Shown here one piece after another: positions 37,721 through 52,700 of a stretch of 64,000 bases of DNA; the stretch's first letter is position 1, and every line of letters starts with the position of its first letter. This DNA comes from Bugula neritina (lineage: Eukaryota; Animalia; Bryozoa). The translations under genes were made by a program, and so were the position numbers. Below the pieces are notes generated by a model, which saw only the letters and a program-made list of their open reading frames with translations, did no database searches and was not told where the DNA came from. The stretch lies in assembly GCA_964035545.1 (NCBI GenBank), contig OZ037765.1, positions 11,914,698-11,978,697 on the forward strand. Direction: 5' to 3'.

Positions 37721-40700
37721 CTATCCTGTGACTGTGCTAGGGGTAGATAACTCCCTGTTACTTAGCATTGCTACCATTTCATCCACTACATCCCAATCTA
37801 GAAAGCTCTCAGCACTTACTTCTGATTCAGATATTAGATCTGATATGCTGGATAAGTTTATCTGCAATTATAAAAACTTCATATCAACTTGAGTTAACAT
37901 TGAGCCAAATAATTTGAGTTGCAACTTATATAACATGAATTTAGAGCAGCAAACATATTTTAGAGTTGCAACAATGAGCAACAAATCCAGACGCCTACCT
38001 CACTGTTAGTTCTTCTCATATCTTCATCAGAGTAAAGTAATTGACGTATTCGCTCTGCATCATCCTTGCCTCCTCTAAATATGGGAACAAGTAACTGTGA
38101 GTCATCATCTAATGGCTGTTCTTCCATTTCAAAGTCCTCCTCAGCAATTCTATGAGCCCCATAACTTGTATATTGGCTTTGAGTAGCACCAATATTATGA
38201 GACTGGTAGGGTAGAGCAGGTCTGTGGAAGCCCGAAGGAATATAACCGCTGAAAGGAGCTGTTGCTGGTTGAATTGACAACTTTCCTAAGAAAAGAGTAA
38301 CAAAATAAAGTTAAAATTTTTAATGAAAACATAAAATTAAAATTAAATTATTAAATATTCAATCAAATCATATAACTTATAACATAATTGTATAAACACT
38401 TGAATCCATTATAATCATTTTCTTAATTCTTACAGTCAAACATTGACCAGTTTATTTCAAACATGACTAAAATATGGCAATAACAATTATTTGTGGCACA
38501 TAGACTTATAGATAGACTTTTTAAAAATAATCACCTCTTTGAACAGCAGGAGGCTTCTGAGTTCGAGTTGATGCATTGGCCAAGTGTTTCTTTTTAGGCT
38601 TCTTTGATACTGCAACTGGCGTAGTCAGCTCCATCATTCTACAGAGCAATAAGAACTTAGAATAAAAATTATAATTACCATAAAAGATAGAAAATACAGC
38701 CTATGTCCATCAACATATTTTATAATGGCAATTTTTAACACAGTCCATTGCATGCTGTAATTATACACTAGAAAATTTATTGAAGTAAACTCAATATTGT
38801 GAAAAAATTCACACAAAACATTTAATGAGGAAGCTGAAAAATTGGTAAATTCTGAATAAAAACTTCAAAAAAATTTGACATGAGCCAGAATATTTACAAA
38901 TAATTTTCAATCATGACTCTTATTACAGACGAACTAAATACTCTCAAAGTCAACAATTAATTTGTCCATAAAAATAGCTGAAAATATAGTGAATATATCT
39001 AAATAAATATAAACTAGTTCATATTTTTTTATTTATGATTAAAACCTCTCACATTTCATTAGCAAAATGTTTCAATAAAATTGCATAACAATTAAAATTT
39101 ATTACTCCAAAAAGTAAACTAGATAAAATATTGACCTCTCCAGAGCTAGCAACTCTGCACCATCTTCAATCAAATCTTCTAACATATTCTCTGCATTTTC
39201 AACTCTTCTGGATTGATTTTGTGCTCGCATCTCTTTCCTTTGTTTTTCTCGCTGATCTTTGACTCGCTGTATTTCTTTAGCAGTCTATAAATTAGTTTGG
39301 TATGGTGCAATATGGCATGACACAGTATAGCATGGTATGGTATGACATGACACTGTATAGCATGGCATGGTATGGTACATTATGGCAAATAATAATATAA
39401 ATAGCGTATAAAAAAGATAAATCTTGTACACATTCATTTGAAGTTCTGCTAATAAAAATCATGTGTATAAACAACTACTGGTATGTTATGATTAAGTTCT
39501 TATTGGATCTAAGAAAGTTGGCATATGTTAACCTAAACTACCTATTATGTATATTGCAACAAATGACATGTGAAACATTCACTTACGTAATGCTGAGCAG
39601 AAGTAAATGGACGAGCTTCTGGTTTACGCTGCATCTCTTTCTCCTGGTTGTATTTCTCTCTCACCTTGGCACGGTGCGCTCTTTGCCAACTCCCTAGTTC
39701 TTCCCTGCGTCTCAAATTCTTTGCTGTCGTTTGCTTGTCCAGTTTTTGTGACAGCAGAGAAATATCCGAGGCCAGCAAGTCAGCTATCACTGAACTGTAG
39801 CACAAAATAAAGGTGTATTGAGCTTGTGACGAATAGCAATCATACTTATTATATAATATGATGTACTGACAAAAAATTTATATAATATTTTAAGAGAATT
39901 GAAAATATCGAAACAGTAAAGAGCTGATGAGTAAAAAGTAGGTAAAAAATTTGATAGTAGCTATAGACATGTTAGATAAATATTCAGTTTATTGCAATAA
40001 AATATTTTTATACAGTTTGTTTGTGCTATCTCTCAACAGACTAAATTTTAGTTCCAACTGTCATACTATGAGTTGTTAACATAATATTGTAAGCTCCTCC
40101 AACTTATTGTAGCTATCTAAATACTATGTTTTATATAATAAATGATTAAACACTAATAAATCAGTATCCATATCTTTATAAATTATTACAAAGTACAAAC
40201 TATAATCAAGTCAAAACAAATTAGAACATGAAGACACACACCTGTTTATATCAGCAGTTAGAGAAGAGTCATTGCCAACAATCTCTTCCGCCGCATTAAC
40301 AACATCTGCTGTGTTGTCCAACTCTGAGAGACGACTGGATCTTCCGGCAGAGCCGTGACTGGCAACAGACATCGCACTGGTGGGCTTCACTGCTGGCGAC
40401 GAAATGTTTCCAGTTGTACTCCGCTCAGTACTTCCACTACGAGCTGACAACTTCAGTTTTCTAGGTGACTGTTGAGTCATTCTAATCAACAGAAAAAATT
40501 TAAAATATTATTTGTTAAACGCTAATGCTTGCATGAATTATTGATAAAAATATATTATTTTGTCTAATAGTATTAAAATTCCAACACGCGACATTTAAAA
40601 ATGTGTTTTGCATGTTTTAGCATGTAATGTAAAATAAAAAGTCAAACAAATAATATACACTGTGTTTTTTGCTTTATATATTTTAGTAAAATAACATTGT

Positions 40701-43700
40701 GACAAACACAACAAAATACAAATATATAGTAATCCAATATTTCACACTAGAGTTCCACCTCCATTTGGATCTTTTGTATATAATAGAGGCAAATCTCTTA
40801 TTTGCTTAATAATCATGTCACACTCAGAAGTTTTTCTAGCATGGTAGTTTTGATAAATATCAAGTGCTGCATCAAGATCATTTTCTTTCGAAAATGCTTC
40901 ATCAGCATGGTTATCCTCCGCAATATATGCAGGAGGGTCGCAGAGTGGTAAAGAGTACTCTGGACAAGGTGGCAACTTGGTTTTGGAGAGCAAAGGATTG
41001 ATATGCTCCAAGTCTTTTGGTAAAGGAGAAGCTGCAAAACACGGTGGCTCTATAACAGACTGCTCACAGATATCATCAGATATCTTGGATGCATCTTTAC
41101 TAGTGTTATGTGTACTTGATATGCTTGTCAGCAGTGATCCACTTTCACTAGATGAAGGCATTATATCTGGAGAGCCTTGCTTCTTATGGTCAGTTGACGA
41201 GACCGCTTGTGATATCTCAACACTTTGGTCACTCTCTATTGGGTCAGCATTAGAGGAAGCTTCTTCTTGTGTAGAATTAACTTCAATATCAGCAGAATAG
41301 GCCATCGTTGATTTATCAGAGACTGGTATCTCACCAATGTTGGTAAATTTGTAAGTTACAGACTTATTTGCAATGCTAAGACTTTCCGAATTAGGAGGGC
41401 AGTCTGCTTTAGAACGATAATTTTCACAACATAATATAGTAGAAGTATATTGTTCAAGATAAGTATGCTGCTTATCAGCTTCCTCTGTTTTGTCAAATGA
41501 ATCATATTCATATAATGGCGATGACCATTGACAGGCCGCCTCACATTCGTCAATAATTTGATTGTTGTCATTGGTCTGTATGGCCTGGTCACAGGAGATC
41601 ATTTTCTCAGCAAATTCAATTTTATCACATTGGCAATCACTATTTTTACATTCCATCAATAAACTAGCTGAAGCCTGTGCTTCACGGCTAATTTTTTCTT
41701 TTTCGATCCCCAACAGATGGTGCTCAGTGTTGATAGATTTGTCCTGGCATAAACTATTATCCAATGACTCTGGGTTTGTTGGAGTTTGTTCCTGCTCCTC
41801 CAAATCATTTTTGAAAGTTTTAGAAACATCAGCTAATTCACACGGTGTTGGGTCATTAAGTTCGCTAGGTGATGGCGGAGTAACACATTCAGTTTCTTCA
41901 ACAAATTGTTCCAACCCAATCTCAGATATGCTAGGAGAAACCTTTGTATCACTCACCGCTTTACTATTTAAGCTTATAGAATTTGCCAAAACACTTGAAG
42001 AATCATTTTTTGTAAACTCATTTTTCAATTCTGGCATACTAGTAGCTGTGTCTACTTTCTTAGAGTGATTGCAAGTCTGACAAGTATGAACGTTGACACG
42101 ATTCCCATAGCCTCGCAAAAACTCTCTTCCATTTGGTATATGCCTTTTAAACTTTGTAGCTTGAGTAGGTCTAATGACTTGATACTTACGATCTCCGTGT
42201 GACCAAAAAGTAAATTCTTCTTCATCCAACAGATGTCCATTGTTTGAGTAGAACTGACTAATCAATGGGAGCACACTATTTCTATCGATATTAGTGTCAC
42301 TTTTATAGCTTTTGCTTTGCTTCCGCTTATTTTCTAGCTCTGTACAACTTCTGTGTTTACCTGAAGCCGTTGCAGGCCTTAAGTTTGTACGAATACTAGG
42401 TTTTTCTTTACGCATATAAAAAGGATTACTAAGTCTTTCAGTGGCTGCAACCTGGGCTTTAGCCAGTTTTTTAATTGAAACAGGTCCAGAAATTGGCTTT
42501 TTTGCCACTTTTTTATGCTTTTCCTTATTTTTATTTGGTGACAATGTGGATTTATTAGGAAGATTTTTTGTAGATTTACATTTTTTTCGAAGATTATGTC
42601 GAGGTAAAATTTCCATCGTGGAATTTCTTCTTTGTTTCTCGTATTCTTCACTGATGGTTAAAGATATATCTGATTTGCAGATACCACCAACTTTCCGAAG
42701 ATTATTTCTCAACTTCTTTACTTTAGTCCCTTTACTAGCAGGTGAATGAAAACCTGCGTTATTGTAATTCATCCTTTTAACAGACTTGCTTTTTTGCTGT
42801 ATTCCAGAAAAAGACTTGCATTCTTTTTTCTTTACTACCGAAGTGGGTTTTGTGGGTTTGAGTGATGGAGGTTTCCATTTCCGCTGTCCTCTCTTACATG
42901 ACGAGAAAGCAGTTTCAACTCTTTTAAACTGCGGTTTCTTGACAGCACTCTGTAACTTTTGACATTGAGACCGAAGCTTACTTTGAGATACAAAATGAGA
43001 TGGAGTGACTTGTGCAGGTTTTCGACCTTGGGCTAATTGCATCATGGTCTAAACAGCTGTGACATTAATTTTTCCCAAACTTTCATTGATCATTTCTTTA
43101 AAAAAAAATTGCAGCATTCTAAATATGCAAAAAATTCAAAATACTTGAAATAGCTCAAACAACTTGAAATTTAAAAAAATGATGTATTTCATGAAATTAT
43201 AATATTAGTAAAAGATTTCTAACATAATAACATACGACATAATATACTACATCATGTCTTACTTGTAAACCATTGGTCATTTACAAAACAGAACTTTATA
43301 TTATAGCATGTATAAATTAGTTCTTGCTTCTCATTAGCAAGATATATGTATTATTTAATATTAATACCTAGGCATGTATGATGATACCATGATTAATGCA
43401 CATGTTATAATATTATGTTAAACATAAAAAAAACCGTGAAATCACCTGCCACTCTGTGGAGTTCCATCAACAGCACCACCAGATTCTACATGTTTAGATC
43501 GAGTGACTTGGTGTTGCTGTGCATGCTGCCATTCTTCTGAGTGCTGTTGCTCTGTTTGCTGCCGCTGTGACTGCTGTGGAGTATTTGTCATGGCAGCTTG
43601 TTGATCGTTCATTTGTGAAGCTGTTTGCAGGATAGTAGCATAACCCTCTCCTGAAGGAATACTCAGCCTGGTTTGAGTTTGCCTTTGATGGTATGAGATA

Positions 43701-46700
43701 TGATACCTAGGCAGCACCTGTATACGCATGCAACATTTTAAGACTTATACACATGGAAACAAACAAACCTGTTTAGAAACAAAATATAGACATCAAAAGC
43801 ACTAAGTTTTTATCTTTCTTAGATATCCAGCAGAGAATTGCTAATAAAATAACAGTAAAAATACAACTGTAGGGTGCTGGGCCAGTGAAGAAATAATTGA
43901 TATAACTACTGGTGAAATCAACAAACACAACTAATAGCAGGCTAATTTTCTAACTTTTCTTAATTCAACTTTTGCCACTCTCTTACACCAAAACCAATTA
44001 TCAAAGCATCAATACCAATAATCGCAACAGTAAATCAATTGTATTGATAATCAATCTGTTCTTCCAATTAATAATGATTAGTTCAGCACCGACAATTGAC
44101 AAAAATGGAGGCAAAGTGGCAAAAGCAATAATTGAATTCATTGATAATTATTTTGGCACTAAACTGTAGTGCAATTCATTAGCAATGGCAATGTTATGCA
44201 ATTTATTCTATATACTATAATGTGATTTACTCATGGGATGAGAACAATAAAGTACAACAAACCAACTACAAAATGTCTTTCAGCATAACATTAAAGCCAT
44301 GTATTCAAGATTATACTGCCCCTTTCTCCAAAAATGCCCAGCAGAAATATCTTTGCATAAGAAAATAACATTGTGCTAAAAGTTGTATTAGGATTTTACT
44401 ATACTATAGATCTTACAGAAAATGCGTTTTAACTGGACCTAATCAAACCTACATACGTATTTTAATCTACTAATTCAAAATAAAACACAATGTTACAATT
44501 AACCGAAAGCTGCAGACATTTTAAGTAATTTTGTTAGCCACGTGAATCTAATATCAAGTAACCCCTTCCCAACAAAAGTATTTTGCATGTTGATGAATCA
44601 TGACTTTACACTCTCAGAAAGTGGGATTTTTGCAAAAAGATTAACCTGTGTTTACAACCAAAACAGTAATAGAAGTAGAATTCGCTGTATTTACCATTAA
44701 TGTAAAAGTTACGTACTTTGTAAGGAGAAATAGAATTAGCAGCATTTATAAGTACCATTATTGTACAATACTTATAATGTAAAAGTTGGGTATTTAGTAG
44801 GAAGGAAACATACCATTTCAGTAGACTGTATCTGCTCCATCATCTCATTTCTCAACTCCTCGATATACTCTAGCCTGTCGTCCATGTTACACAGGTTCTG
44901 AGCAATATTCAGCTTCCCTTCACTCTTTACTTCTGAAGGTATATACCTTTTAGGTCTCATAATTTTAGGAGGAGATAACTCTTGATACTCATGGAAAGGT
45001 ATATTCAACGCACTTGTCAACCGAGGTTGGTCCTCTTTCAGTAGCTGAAGTTAGTGTAAAAAATTACATCCTAATTATTGCATAGCCAACAGATTTGTGT
45101 TGTAATCACAATGAAGAATAAAAATAAATATAATATGAAAATGCAACGTTTAAATCAAGCAATACAATAGTAGTTCACATTGCCAAAAGTACCACCAATG
45201 AAAATTTCAGATACAAGTTTTGTCCTGTTATTTCGATCACTCAAGTTTTAAATTATTTAAATGTGCAAAAAAGATATTGAAATAAAAACTGTCTCACTTT
45301 CATGCCTTCTGTGTCTCTGTATTCTGTATTATTAGAGCGAATTTCATGAAGTATTTGTTGGCTTCTGGGTTGGGTTGGGATTTCCACTGCAAATTATAAA
45401 ACTAGCATAAATGCACTACAGAAACACATTATTGCAGGTCTCTTAACTAACATTTAGTCATACACAAATAATACAAATAAAAGCTGAAAGAAACAAAACA
45501 CGGACAACTAGCATGTCATTTCTAACTAAGATAGAAACAATAAGGTTTCCCTATAGCAAAAGTCCACTTTCAAAACTCGTAGACAAAACTATATACATTA
45601 CCTAATACTAAAACTTACTACTGAGTATTAGAACACGTTATAAGTAGACATAGGGTAAACATTGAACATAACTACAACTGTGCATAACTTAACCCACAAA
45701 CTAACCAGACTTATTGATAAGTTAACTGATACCTGGTTCAGGTTGTCTGCGCCTTGCCTCAGCTTGTTGCTGGTCAGCGTGTATAATTTGAGGGGGGATA
45801 TCCACCACCCCAAGATATTGTCTGCTAAGAATATTCTGAAACACGGGCTATATATAAACTATTCATTTAATGGAAATATTCTCTTACACAGCTACTACCT
45901 GCCTGTCTATAACATAACGTTACACATTTCTTCCACATAAAATATAATAAAAATATAGCATTACATATAATAATGTATAGTAAAGAACCCTCAAACCTTT
46001 CTGCTATTATAAAACAACAAGCTATAATATACACCATGTGTAAAATAACCAAGGTACAACTACAATAGATTAACATAGCACGAGAAAGTTAGCCCTAGAA
46101 CCACTCCTACAAAGGGAAGTACTATTATCACCTCCTTATCCTCACTCTGGTCAATGTTAGCAGGCAAGGTATATTTCAGTTCATGCATCATATTAGGAGC
46201 AATACTTGGCAGGTCTGAAGGCACACTCTCCTGAGTCACTTGTCGCTGAGGCATCAGTTCAGAGTGACCGGTCATTACGGCAGCGTCAGCCTGTAGAGGA
46301 CAACTCCACATTCATATCGAGCCACACAGCAACTTCAGGTTATTAGTCTAGCTATGTATGTGATTACAACTCCTTTAATCTGATGCCTTATTCTTATTAC
46401 CATAAAACAATTTTAATGTGATTTAAAGAAAAAAAATAAGAATAAATAATCAAACTTTTAGCTATGTGAAGTTATGTTCCAGCATCATTGCAGGAGCATG
46501 TAACCATCTCATGCTGCATGCTGCACAGTTCGGATAAAGAAAAATCGCATTTTAGAATTTAAAAATGTTCAACTAAAATCATTTGCATATAAACCTAAAA
46601 AATTGCAGAGATGCTCTTAATGGAAAACTCAATATTAATGATTAAAGGTAAATTTACAGAGAGAATTTTGTGCTACAAACAGTGATGTTGAACAAATAGA

Positions 46701-49700
46701 AGCTAGCGTTGTCTACAATCTACACAGTAACTAAAATTATATTCTTAAAGCAGACATATTTTCTATTTTAGTCAGGGGCCGCTATGTGGCTGACGTATGC
46801 TAAGCCAACTGAAAAATTTATAAACAGCAACTTCATTCCAACTCCATAAGAAATTATTAATAGTTAAATTGATGCCACGCTCTTATCACATTACCATAGT
46901 GGGCTTTGATTGGGGTTCAGTCTGAAGCTTGATGGCTTTGTACTGTACAGCAGCAAATGTATTCTCATTCATTGCACTGTCTAAGTTAGAGAGCTTCAGT
47001 TCTGGATCATCATTATCAGCTGTTGTTGCCATACAATGAAAACATTATCACTAACACAACTATTCAACAAGATAATATAACATACTATGTTTTATCCAAC
47101 AAGTGTTGTATATTCACATTGGATTTCGATATAACAAGTATTGTTTCAATAAATACGAACTCTTAATCCATTCCAATTCTGGGCATTGCATACTACGCCA
47201 GAAAACATTTACTAGCACATCTAAACTATCAAGATGGATGTAACTCACTCTTAGCACTGGCTAGAACAAACAGATGTGAGTAATCATCGTAGGTCTCATT
47301 TACATGAACAGGGCTGTGCTGTACTGATTTATCAACCGTTTCCATGGCAGCAGCAGGTTCAGTTCCTACTTCCACTAGTTTACAGCTCTGCTCAGTTTTC
47401 TCTGAGAGTGTGTCCTACACGCAACGCATTAAACAACATAAACTCAACAGATAGATGTGTTTCTACCTTACTCATGCCTGTTTCCATCATTATGATAACC
47501 TGGTTAAAGCTGATATGAATGAAGGAGCACATGGGCGAATTTCGACATTTTAAAATAATATTATATGGAATGTTGACTATAACTCAAAGTTGATATATAT
47601 TTTACATGTTTAAAATATAAAATATATATCACGGCTTATTGGAATCTGTCCAACCATTTTAATAAAAAAAAACCCGTTGTAAATACTTCTGATTTTATTG
47701 AGAAACATGCAACATAATGTAGAGCAGATTTACACCTAGAAATAATAATAAACTAATGAGTGGATTACTTACCAGTTCTGGAGACTTGGCATCCTTAGTT
47801 AACTCTTTTTTAGTTGCTGCTCTCCTCCTTCTGAAAATCACAAGTTGCTACCAAGTTTCATTGCACCATAATACAAAACACTAGAGTGATCGATGTTATA
47901 AAATTGGCAAGGTATCAGTAAACTATTTTACATACATGGCTAGCATGCATAACATAGCCAAGAAGTTACAAAAAGCATCATAATCCAGGAGAAAATCTCT
48001 GACAGAGCAAATCTCCAATAAAGTGAAAATGTATAAAGATCACATTAACTTATCTGCCTCGGTATATATTTTGCAACACATTATACTATGTACTACCATG
48101 CACTATTATACACTACCACACACTACCATGCACTACCATACACTATCATGCTTTACCATGCACTACCACATACTATTATGCACTATCATGCACTACCACA
48201 CACCACCATACACTATCATGCACTACGATACACTATAATCCGCTACCATATACTATCATGCACTACCAAACACTACTATGCACTACCATACACCACCATA
48301 CACTATAATGCACTACCATACACTATAATCATATAATGCACTACCATACACTATAATGCACTACTACACTTGATACTCTACCTGTGTTTAGACCGAGATA
48401 AACGGGGTTCATTCCTCACTCTATATCCACCCTCCAAAGGTTGCTTTGGCCTTTCTAGTTTAGCTTGTGGTGCTTCTTTTGCAGGTTCCAACCGCAGCAA
48501 AGAATATTTTGGCTCAATAGGTTTGCCTTGTTGAGTAGGTTTTCTCCCAGCAGTTCTCATTGCTAATATCATGCGTGTGATAAGCTCTTCCTTCTGCCTG
48601 TTTGCCTCTTCATACTCACTCAGTAAAGCAGGTCCAAGTGACAAAGCAGTAGATTTGTGGGAAACGCCCTCCTTTCTAACGTTCTGTGGCTCTACAGACT
48701 TAGGCTGCAAAGAGAGGTGATTAACATGTTCACCTTGAACTTCACCATGGTAACGCTGACCTAGCTTGAGCAGAGGGACAGCAGGTTGATTCCACCGGGT
48801 GTCCTCCTGTCTTATCTTGGCCAGCTCATACTCATCGCAAGCCACGCCTCTCTTGTCCAAAGCCTCTTTCTGAGGTGAATTCACAGAGAGAAGAGGGAGT
48901 TTCACCGACTCTGGTTGCTGCTGAGTTGCTGTTTTGCTGGCTCCTTGCCAACTATGCACTTGAAGGAGGTGAGGAGCTCTACTCTGATGTTGTACCCCAA
49001 GTTTCACTTGAGCACCAGAGTAGTATGGAGAGTTGGGGCCCTCCTTGGTCAACCGAAGTAGAGGTATCTGAAGATCACACATAGCATTGGTTGTTATAAA
49101 TATACAGGTACATTATGTGTGTGTATGTTATATGTTTCATTGAATCAAATAAATTGATGAGTGATACTTCAGATGGCAATAACGGTTTAATCAACTTTTT
49201 GGAAAGTTGTGTGAGGTATGCGTTCTGTTTTATAGGAGATTAGCGTTCCAAATCGATGAAGATAAAATGCTTCAATTCTATTTCTTAAAACCCAAAAAAT
49301 AAACTCAAATTGATTGAACAGATCTGGGATGAGGTCTTTGACCTAATATCTACTCTCCACGAAGAGTTATTCTCACCTGACTATTAAACTCCTTATGTGT
49401 TGGTGCAGCTCTGTTTACTGGCTCAATATCCTCAGCATACTGTGTAGACTCAGCTACTGGGGGTTCCATGGCTACAGGAAACTTGTGGTATTCTTTGGAC
49501 TTTCTGCATTAAATATGTACAAAAAAATAACATACAGTAATACATGGTGATGTACATCTAAGTTTATATACAATCCGTAACAAGCTGCATATATTTAAGA
49601 GCAGCAAAAAAAGATTTCTTTGCTCAACAAATTATTTTCCCCAACTTTGCAGAAGATAAATCTAACAGCACAACGAGGATTTGAGGAGACTATCTAATTT

Positions 49701-52700
49701 GCAATGGGAATTAGTTCTTGCCGGTGTCGACAACTTGCCAGAATAAATATAAACCACTGTTGAGCTTGTGGTCATTGAACATTTAAATTTAATAACAAAT
49801 CTCTTATTCAAATTATATTGGCCAATAGCAAAGATGGAGGTTTAAAATAGCAGCCTTTCAAACAGGTTACTGCTGGAAAACTTAAGTTTACAGTTATAAC
49901 AGAAAGTGTAGTTAGAAGATAAAGCAGGTCTCATGTGTATCAATAATAAAAATACTCCCATAATATGAAATATACAAAAATAGCATATTGTAATTAATAA
50001 AATTGATAAGTTGTTTATTTGAATTTATTCACAAAAGATACAAATTAAATCGTTAGCTTTTTTGTAAATTTAGTGCATTGACCGAGTTGTACAGATCAGT
50101 TGTCCTAATAACTCGCTGTTGATGTGTTAGATTTGCTTGGTTGCAATGCTTGGTTATATAATTATTATAGACGTGATTACATTTTGAAGAATACAACTTG
50201 ATGTACAGCCAACTATATCGCAATAAAAATATATTTAATTATCATTCAGACATCATTGCAAAATAGACTGTGCCCATTATACAAGTTAATTACATTATTA
50301 CAAGTTACAACCCATTTGCTGACTGATTTTGAATACTTTACCACTTATTTATTTGATTGACAAAATGGAAGAAAATGAATAGTTTGAAAATGAAATAAAT
50401 TGATACAAGAATTTGATTTGAACGATTACCCACTAGACAGCTAGCGTCAAGCCATGGCGAATTCTATTTGCAAAAATTTACAATGGTTTTGATGCATCAA
50501 AAGCTAAAGATTATAAAATAATTTTATATTTAATATATAGTCCACATATCGCTTAACAAAAATAACTCATGGCTTACTGTACGAACCTGCTGCTGATTGT
50601 TGATACAGTCTGCAGAGATTTGCCACCAGTAACTTGCTCTGTAGTGTCAGGCTGAATGCCCATAGTCATGTGACTGGAACCAGACATGTTTGGCAAGGTA
50701 GCAGAGCTCCACACAGTCGTAGCCGTGTCATCCAGTATATAGCTGCCAGTAGATGCTGCCCTAATAGATGTAACTCCTGTTGAGGTGACATCATCTCTCT
50801 CATCTATTCTAGTAGTACAACAGGTGGAGATAATAACTTAGCAACGTCTATCTTACTCTACATCTTCTGTTTAGGCTTTACACTAAACTATTGAATATTT
50901 TTGCAATAAATTTATCAATACACAGATCTGTGCATATACAAATTCTAGAAATTGGTAAATGAAAAAGTTTTTGTGCGGCTTCTATGATAAGTAATTTTAA
51001 AACAAGAAATAATCTTAATAAAGTATTGATGAAGCAAAAGAAAAAGAAAGGCTAAAGACATGACAGTACAATAATACGGTTATGAGATTGAACAATGGAC
51101 ATAGCAAAGAGAGATATGATGAAGATTAATGGCTAGTTACTTTATTGCGAGAATATGAGTCACTTTTTATCATTCCGCACATCATAATTAAATAAACCCC
51201 GTTCAAAATTTTGCATTTGACAACTTGCAATAATTTTTTTTAAATACTTTTTTGCTACCAATAATCACCAGTGCTATACAAACTAATGTAATAAAAGCAA
51301 AAGTTATATTTAATAAGCTTCTTGAATTGACTTCAGACAAATTCCGACTAGTACTGAGCTAAATCGTTACATGGTACATTACAGAGGGGCAATGTGGTAT
51401 ACACTGCCACTTACTGAATATCAGCCTCAACTTCCGAGGGTTTAGTGCTGGCTATGTTGATTGGCTGAGTAGCTGTAGCCAATCGAGAATGTCTTCTCAT
51501 CTCTTCAAGTATTTCTTCTCTGTTCAGATCTTCCTCTTCATTCAACTCATCCTCGACATCTGTGCTTGCATGCAAACTGTATTAAGAAGAAATACTGGCT
51601 AGTTATATACAACGAGAATGCTGTATTTGTGCTAAAATTTCTACACACTCACAACTCCTGAATGTTAGGCAGCACAATAAATAATTAAAGGTATGATTGG
51701 CAATTCACTATTACCGTTTAATTAAGAGAAAACAAGTAAGTCAATAAGGCTGCCTAAGGTACTTCAGACTAATAGGTTGTGTTCAACAACATCTTGAAAT
51801 AAAGTCCCATTGCTGAATGCTTACAAGACTTGAATGGGTAAAACTATATATTAAAGGGCTACACACTGCCTACTCAGTAAATAATAGTCTAGAGTCCAGG
51901 GGTGTCCCACCTTTTTGGAGTGAGGGCCACTGAAATGGAATATTTCATGGCCACATTGTAAAATTTGGGTTGAGCTGGGGGGCCACAGCATCAGGTATTT
52001 TCAAATAACTTCATTCTAAATTCCTATGAATCATTACACAATGAAGTTCCCACAACTACTGCAGGCTGCATGTTTTAGCATACATAAAAATAAGACATTT
52101 AAAAGGTGGTTTTCCAACTCTAATTCATATACATGTGCAAAGCAATTTTATCTGTTATGCCTTTGAGGGCCACACAAATGTAGACTGGGGGCCACATCCG
52201 GCCCTGGGGCCGCCTGTTGGACAGCCCTAGTCTAGACTATATATTATATACTAGACCAGGTGACTTACCTGATAGCATTAGCCAATGCATTGTTACTAGT
52301 GTTGAACACTGACTCTGTACTTATAGGCAGCTTTGTATCGGAGTGTGGCCCTGGAGCGTGCACAGCCTCTTCCACGTGTTGGGCTCTTTCTGACAATTTA
52401 GGAAGCCCCAACCTACTTTTCTCTACCATAACTAAGGCTATGACTAGCCACTGGACATCAATATCAACTTTGGTGGCAGACTGAAAAGTGATACAGTATT
52501 GGCATGTAATAGATTGATAATTTAGACATATCAGACAACAATTAGATGAATGACTAATACATGCATATAAATCTCAACATGTTCTAATAGCAAACTATAT
52601 ATAGGCATAAACATAAATAAGCATCAGCAATAATGCAGTAGAAGAGAAACTTTATTAGCCCAAGTTCTTTCAATTTTGCTAATGAATTTTGGTTCGGGGG

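Noticed and set aside
45899-45906. 8-nt microexon (ACAGGCAG) in CPLANE1
   Set aside because: Unnecessary: the acceptor at 45835 already gives an in-frame phase-0 junction.
48023-48336. His/Tyr/Thr-rich ORFs (also 9177-9446 and 39292-39474)
   Set aside because: Translations of minisatellites.
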